DNA of 64,000 nt, taken from positions 1,056,001-1,120,000 of the forward strand of contig CAVUSO010000001.1 of the NCBI GenBank assembly GCA_963744145.1, written 5' to 3'. The position numbers and the translations under genes are program-made. Shown here piece by piece: positions 58,444-64,000 of this stretch; position 1 is the first letter of the stretch, and each line of letters starts with the position of its first letter. The DNA is from an uncultured cyanobacterium. GTDB lineage: Bacteria > Cyanobacteriota > Cyanobacteriia > Cyanobacteriales > CAWUOF01. Under the pieces are notes generated by a model, which saw only the letters and a list, made by a program, of their open reading frames with translations, was not told the DNA's origin and ran no database searches.

Positions 58444-59175
58444 ATGACTGAATCTCGGCTTTCTGAAATTCCAGAATCTGCTAGGTCGATCGCCACTCTG
58501 AATACCAGGTTAAAGTCTGGATCAGAAAAAAATCAACTACAGCTCATCCAAGAGCTAGCTGCTGATTCCCAATGGGATGTGTTAATGGAATTTTTCCGAG
58601 AGCGCTCTCGGGAAACTTCCAATTTAGTCCTAGGGAAAGCTTATCAAGTTTTATTAGCCGCTAATGACCCACAAGTAACCGAATTTTTGCAAACTTATTG
58701 GCCCATAGGAGTAGTGCCGTTACATTCTGAGTGCAACCTAGATTATCACCCTTTACAACAATTGCTAGCTAAACAAGAATTTCAAGCCGCCGATCAACTA
58801 ACTTTACAAAAGCTGTGTGAACTAGCTGGAGCGGAAGCTGTGCAAAGAAAATGGCTATATTTTACCGAAATTGACCAATTGCCAATTCTCGATCTCCAAA
58901 CCATCAATTCTCTGTGGTTAACTTATTCAGAAGGGAAATTTGGCTTTTCCGTCCAGCGTGAAATCTGGTTAAGCGTTAGTCAAACTTGGGAAAAATTATG
59001 GCCAAAAATTGGCTGGAAAAATGGTAATAATTGGACTCGCTATCCCCAGGAATTTACCTGGAATTTAACTGCTCCGCGAGGTCATTTACCCCTAACTAAC
59101 CAATTGAGAGGAGTAAGAGTGATCAACTCACTACTGAATCACCCAGCTTGGACAAATAAAATTCCGCTCGGATAA
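58444..59175 (+). CDS. gun4: GUN4 tetrapyrrole-binding Mg-chelatase regulator
   Basis: DYHPLQQLL, RKWLYFTE, SEGKFGFSVQREIW, APRGHLPLTNQLRG. Confidence 0.93.
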   Translation: MTESRLSEIPESARSIATLNTRLKSGSEKNQLQLIQELAADSQWDVLMEFFRERSRETSNLVLGKAYQVLLAANDPQVTEFLQTYWPIGVVPLHSECNLDYHPLQQLLAKQEFQAADQLTLQKLCELAGAEAVQRKWLYFTEIDQLPILDLQTINSLWLTYSEGKFGFSVQREIWLSVSQTWEKLWPKIGWKNGNNWTRYPQEFTWNLTAPRGHLPLTNQLRGVRVINSLLNHPAWTNKIPLG

Positions 59176-59248
59176 AAATACTAGAATTACTAGGTTGAGC
59201 GGAGCGAAAATCCTCCCAGAACAATAGATATAGGAAATCACTGAAAGA

Positions 59249-60646
59249 ATGAATTCTCTGTGGCAACAATTGACTTTATCAACATTATCAATCCAGGAAT
59301 GGCGATCGAACAGCTATTTATATCGTTTGGTTGGCTCCCTCCAAAATTGGCGATCGGGTAGTTTTCTGATTGCTTGGGGTGATGCGATCGCGACCTTATT
59401 GGTGAGTTTAGTATTTGTTTTAGCGCCGTTTGTAACATCTAATGATTTGATCGGGTTATTATTGTTTGCTTGTGGGTGTTTTTGGTTATTACTCACCTTG
59501 TCAGATCAGGGCAAATTGAGTATTACTCCCATTCATTTGTTAGTGTTGCTTTACTGGGGAATTGCCACAGTAGCAACCAGTATGTCACCAGTCAAAACTG
59601 CGGCTTTTGTCGGTTGGGGTAAACTCACCCTATATTTGTTGTTTTTTACCTTAATGGCGCGAATATTGCGATCGCCTCGGATTCGTTCTTGGTTAATTAC
59701 TCTTTATTTGCATATTTGTTTAATTGTCAGTGTATATGGAGTCAGACAATGGATTGAAGGAGTAAAACCCCTAGCTACTTGGAACGATCCGATGTCATCC
59801 ATGGCGAAAGAAACCAGGGTATATAGTTATTTGAATAATCCGAATCTATTGGGAGCTTATCTATTACCAGCGATCGCCTTATCCTTAGCTGCATTTTTTA
59901 CCTGGCGCGGTAAAGGACCAAAAGCCTTAGCCTTAACCATGTTAATTGTCAATTGTGCTTGTTTGCGTTATACAGGTAGTCGTGGTGCTTGGATTGGTTT
60001 CCTATTTCTGATCATTGCCTTTGGCATCTTATTATGGTTCTGGTGGCGCAATTATTTACCACCCTTTTGGCGCACTTGGTCTTTACCAATCGGACTGGTA
60101 AGTTTTATTGGTGGTTTACTATTAGTGATAGTTGTGGTTGAGCCTTTACGCAATCGGGTATTAAGTATTTTTGCCGATCGAGATGATAGTAGTAATAATT
60201 TCCGTCGCAATGTCTGGGATGCGGTATTAATGATGATCGCTCATCGTCCGATTCTGGGAATTGGACCGGGAAATACAGCGTTTAACAAGATTTATCCTAT
60301 ATATATGCACCCTCGCTTTAGTGCTTTGAGTGCTTATTCGATTTGGCTGGAATTGTTAGTGGAAACTGGAATAATTGGGTTTAGTGCCTTTATGTGGTTG
60401 CTGGTGGTAACCTTTAACCAAGGTTGGACGCAGTTATTGCGGTTACGACAAATTAATAGTCAAGAAGTATATTGGTTAATCGCAGCGATCGCCACTATGG
60501 TAGGGATGCTTTGTCATGGAGTGGTAGATACGGTCTGGTATCGACCAGAAATTAATACTCTTTGGTGGTTAATGATCGCGATCATCGCTAGTTACCATGT
60601 CCTACCACAGTCGGAACCAATTCCGGAAAATGAGCCAGCGAGCTAA
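59249..60646 (+). CDS. ictB: IctB / O-antigen-ligase-family membrane protein
   Basis: LATWND, RVYSYLNNPNLL, SRGAW, DSSNNFRRNVW, GIGPGN, ALSAYS. Confidence 0.92.
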   Translation: MNSLWQQLTLSTLSIQEWRSNSYLYRLVGSLQNWRSGSFLIAWGDAIATLLVSLVFVLAPFVTSNDLIGLLLFACGCFWLLLTLSDQGKLSITPIHLLVLLYWGIATVATSMSPVKTAAFVGWGKLTLYLLFFTLMARILRSPRIRSWLITLYLHICLIVSVYGVRQWIEGVKPLATWNDPMSSMAKETRVYSYLNNPNLLGAYLLPAIALSLAAFFTWRGKGPKALALTMLIVNCACLRYTGSRGAWIGFLFLIIAFGILLWFWWRNYLPPFWRTWSLPIGLVSFIGGLLLVIVVVEPLRNRVLSIFADRDDSSNNFRRNVWDAVLMMIAHRPILGIGPGNTAFNKIYPIYMHPRFSALSAYSIWLELLVETGIIGFSAFMWLLVVTFNQGWTQLLRLRQINSQEVYWLIAAIATMVGMLCHGVVDTVWYRPEINTLWWLMIAIIASYHVLPQSEPIPENEPAS

Positions 60647-60721
60647 CCCTTTTTATTTGTCAATCTGGTAAATAACTGCTAGAATAGATGATCTAATCTG
60701 CACTCAAAATTAACCGCACAG

Positions 60722-61830
60722 ATGTTAGAACTGCTAGATATTAAACGCGAAATCGAAATCTTGTCCCGACAGCCTGGGGAAAACCCAGGACTATCTTTGA
60801 CTTACCTGCTTTACAAGCTAAAATCAAAGACCTAGAACAGATCGCAGCTCAACCAGGGTTTTGGGATGACCAAACTGTAGCTCAACGGATTCTCCAGGAA
60901 CTCAATGATCTCAAATCCCACTTAGAACAATTTCAACAGTGGCAAGTTGGTCTGGAGAATACTACTGTTGCTTTAGAATTACTAGAGCTTGAAGCCGATG
61001 AAATCTTGTTTGCTGAAGCAATCAGCACCATCTCCCAACTCAGTCGGGATTTAGATTTGTGGGAACTGCAACAACTATTATCTGGTCCCTACGATGAAAG
61101 TGGTGCTGTCCTCACGATTAATGCTGGTGCTGGTGGGACTGATGCTCAAGATTGGGCAGAAATGTTAATGCGAATGTATACCCGTTGGGGAGAAAACCGG
61201 GGTTATCAAGTACATTTAACTGAAATTTCTGAAGGTGATGAAGCGGGAATTAAATCGGTTACCTTGGAAATAAACGGGCGTTATGCTTATGGCTATCTCA
61301 GAGGAGAAAAGGGAACTCATCGCTTAGTCAGAATTTCCCCATTTAATGCTAATGGTAAACGTCAAACCAGTTTTGCTGGGGTGGAAGTAATGCCGATTTT
61401 AGATCAATCGGTACAATTAGATATTCCTGATAAGGATTTGGAAATTACTACTTCCCGCGCTGGAGGTAAAGGTGGTCAAAACGTTAATAAGGTAGAAACT
61501 GCGGTCCGGATTGTTCACAAACCAACTGGGTTAGCTGTACGTTGTACCGAAGAACGTAGTCAGTTACAAAATAAGGAAAAAGCTCTAGCTCTATTAAAAG
61601 CAAGATTGTTAGTGATTGCTCGAGAACAACGCGCTCAAGAAATTGCTGAAATTCGTGGTGATATGGTGGAAGCTGCTTGGGGTACTCAAATTCGTAACTA
61701 TGTATTTCATCCTTATCAATTGGTCAAAGATTTACGCACTAATTTGGAAACAACTGCGATCGCTGATGTCATGAATGGGAATTTAGATTTGTTTATTGAA
61801 AAATATTTGCGGCAAACTCCCCTAGAATAG
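60722..61830 (+). CDS. prfB: Peptide chain release factor 2 with programmed +1 frameshift site CTT-TGA-C (60795-60801) and an additional extra base near 60765-60767
   Basis: [23 protein letters not shown]-terminus [15 protein letters not shown]...LGKTQDYL*D. Confidence 0.95.
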
Positions 61831-62067
61831 TTGACAAGAGCAAAAATTATCTCAACCGTTTAAATCCAGCTCAGTTTGAACGCTAAAAATTTACGTATAT
61901 ATGCTGAGATCCGTAAATTAGAAGTTCCATAGTTCCGTAAAACAACTATGGCTAAAAAGAATCACCACTAGGGAAAATAGGATATAGGTGGCAAAAGGCT
62001 TTTTTTTGTTTTTGAAACGCTCAAATCCATCAGAGAGAATTTGTTTGTGTAACAGAGGATTTTTACG

Positions 62068-62850
62068 ATGGCAGCTCAATCCGCTCTTCGGTGTCGAGGA
62101 ATGGAACTCCTGGTTGCTTACCACCAGAACCCATCCATCGCTATTCGCAATCAACTGGTGCGGTTGAATGTTGGTTTAGTTCGGAAAATTGCCCATAGAG
62201 TTAGTCATCAATGTTCCGAACCCTATGAAGATTTAGAACAAATTGGCTATCTAGGTTTAATTCGTGCGATCGAACGTTTTAACCCTACCCAAGGTGCTGC
62301 ATTTAGTTCTTTTGCGGTTCCCTATATTCGTGGTGAAATGCTGCACTTCTTGCGCGATCGCAGTCCTGCTGTAAAAATACCCCGTCGTTGGCAAGAATTG
62401 CAAAAACATGGGCAAAAGGTTAAAGAAGAGTTAACACTTGATCTTGGTCGTTTACCCAAAGATACCGAAATCGCTGAAAAATTAGGCGTATCTGTCCATG
62501 AATGGCGTGAAAGTAAGCTCGTTGTGCAAAATTGTAAACCTTTAAGTCTAGATGCGACCATTGGTCAGCAATTTGATTGTCCCATCACCTTGGGAGATGC
62601 ACTTCCTGATGCTCGCGATCAAGAACGTCAGCAATTAGAAGAGGAAAGACAGCAAATTCGTTCAGCTCTGACCCAGTTAGAAGAAAATACCAGAACTGCG
62701 ATCGAAAGTGTCTTTTTCCTTGATGTTTCTCGGAAAGAAGTGGCTAAACAAATTGGTGTCAGTCCTATGACAGTTACCCGCTCCTTACAAAAAGGAATTA
62801 AGCAGTTAGTATCCTTATTACAACAACAGGTCTTTCAACCTGAAGTTTAA
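62068..62850 (+). CDS. sigF: Group 3 sigma factor SigF
   Basis: RNQLVRLNVGLVRK, EDLEQIGYLGLIRAIERF, PYIRGEMLHFLRD, GVSPMTVTR. Confidence 0.92.
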   Translation: MAAQSALRCRGMELLVAYHQNPSIAIRNQLVRLNVGLVRKIAHRVSHQCSEPYEDLEQIGYLGLIRAIERFNPTQGAAFSSFAVPYIRGEMLHFLRDRSPAVKIPRRWQELQKHGQKVKEELTLDLGRLPKDTEIAEKLGVSVHEWRESKLVVQNCKPLSLDATIGQQFDCPITLGDALPDARDQERQQLEEERQQIRSALTQLEENTRTAIESVFFLDVSRKEVAKQIGVSPMTVTRSLQKGIKQLVSLLQQQVFQPEV

Positions 62851-62950
62851 TCTATGCTTGGTTCTGCTGGCCATCATGCTAATTGGTGAATTGCGCTTGA
62901 ATTTATTTTTTGTCACCCTGACGAATAGCCAATTAGCCATTATGACTATT

Positions 62951-63244
62951 TTAAGCTAATAAGTAATTTTTCACATAATCCCATTGTTCATTTAAATAAT
63001 ATTCTTTAATAATATCTCGCAATTCCACCGCAAATACCAATTCATCATCCGTAGGATCAGCAGACCCTGATCCTTCTGGTTGAGATTCAGATAACCAAGC
63101 AACTTGCTTCATCGATTGGATTGAATCGAGAACGCCTACAATACAGTGATGCTTATATACCCAATCTACTAGATCAGGAACCACTGCCGCATCAGTTCGA
63201 TGATTGGCTATTTCTTCAGAAAGCGCATTAGTAGGGGTTTGCAT
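62951..63244 (-). CDS. Hypothetical protein
   Basis: 97-aa ORF filling the gap between sigF and the regulator; no motif recognised. Confidence 0.6.
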   Translation of the reverse strand: MQTPTNALSEEIANHRTDAAVVPDLVDWVYKHHCIVGVLDSIQSMKQVAWLSESQPEGSGSADPTDDELVFAVELRDIIKEYYLNEQWDYVKNYLLA

Positions 63245-63487
63245 GGTTAATTTAAACAGGCACTCCAGCCCACGTATTTAATTCAGATTACTTATTCTCC
63301 TTCATTATTGCCTTAGATGCGGTGATGCTGTTATCCACATTTATGTGACAACAAAGGTCATTAACTGTGATATAAATCACTTACTAGGTGATTTTTAGAT
63401 CCTTTAGGTGCTATCTTAACATAAATGAAAAGATTAGAGATCAAATAAATTAGAGATGGCTAATGGCTAATGGCCATTAGCCATGAT

Positions 63488-64000
63488 CTAAAATCTCAAG
63501 TCCCTCTGGCCATTGACAGCCGTGCGCTGACCGTTTCTTCTTTCTCCATCTAACATCCTGGGTATCGATGGCTGTCGGCGATCGCTAGAGTTATCTGTCC
63601 CGCCAGGACCGGCTGCCAAAACTTCTAGATTAAATCGATAGCCAACATTACGGACTGTTTGAATCAGACTGGGCTGTCGCGGATCGACTTCAATTTTTTT
63701 GCGGAGGGATAAAACGTGAGTATCGATAGTACGCGGGTTATCAATGGCATCTGGCCAAGCTCGTTGGAGTAATTCAGAACGAGTCAAAGCCATACCTCCC
63801 GCTTGGGCTAAAACATAGATCAAGCTGAACTCTTGGGGAGTCAGATCAATAAATTCATCTTTGAACCGAACCCGACGTTGAACCAGATCAATTTTTAGAT
63901 CGCCATAATCTAAAGATACTGGTGGCGTGATCGTGCGGTGGCGACGCAATAGAGCCTCAACACGGGCTAAGAACTCTTGCATCCCAAAGGGTTTGGTTAA
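63488..64000 (-). CDS. OmpR-family response regulator, 5'-truncated by the window edge
   Basis: LTKPFGMQEFLARVEALLRR, LTPQEFSL, RTIDTHVLSLRKKIE, TVRNVGYRF. Confidence 0.93.
   Translation of the reverse strand, partial: LTKPFGMQEFLARVEALLRRHRTITPPVSLDYGDLKIDLVQRRVRFKDEFIDLTPQEFSLIYVLAQAGGMALTRSELLQRAWPDAIDNPRTIDTHVLSLRKKIEVDPRQPSLIQTVRNVGYRFNLEVLAAGPGGTDNSSDRRQPSIPRMLDGERRNGQRTAVNGQRDLRF

Larger units (their letters stand above)
1..64000. repeat. HIP1 octamer GCGATCGC dispersed at high density (cyanobacterial signature)
   Basis: Palindrome seen repeatedly in genes and intergenic DNA, e.g. 818-825, 9245-9252, 9273-9280, 24183-24190. Confidence 0.95.

Noticed and set aside
60776..60784. Programmed -1 frameshift at GGGGAAAAC rescuing prfB
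   Set aside because: It would reach the correct frame, but the run is not phased as X_XXY_YYZ; a sequencing insertion is simpler
1..64000. tRNA, rRNA or prophage genes
   Set aside because: None recognised by eye; small RNAs cannot be excluded without a covariance-model search

Overview
Cyanobacterial chromosome window: the HIP1 octamer GCGATCGC is dense throughout, and gun4, ictB, sigF and a cyanobacterial-type prfB are present. About 3.8-36.2 kb is an accessory immunity/cell-death island. It holds four caspase-type gene starts, a caspase-NB-ARC gene plus a separate TPR gene, two tandem CHAT-NACHT-HEAT paralogs with diverged C-termini, an HTH-NB-ARC-WD40 protein, about five toxin-antitoxin/immunity pairs and several gene remnants. 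The best candidate for an undescribed system is a tightly packed minus-strand operon at 18041->10600. It encodes a catalytically dead caspase fused to a possible degenerate histidine-kinase-like domain, a stand-alone degenerate receiver, a receiver-APH/TCAD9-type kinase fusion, a divergent thymidine-phosphorylase (NP-II) homolog lacking the catalytic His, and a 2TM + DUF5919/PLD-like protein. This layout resembles the Detocs anti-phage two-component system but with different effectors. A duplicated ~95-bp leader suggests the operon once ran straight into the active caspase-NB-ARC/TPR genes. The rest of the window (36.6-64 kb) is mostly ordinary: sxtIJK-like genes without other sxt genes, icd, pstS/pspA, a two-component cluster, a PEP-CTERM protein, rfaE2, gun4, ictB, prfB and sigF. 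Caveat: the essential prfB carries an extra base on top of its programmed frameshift, so the single-base frameshifts elsewhere in the window may be sequencing errors. All domain calls come from motif recognition by eye, not database searches.
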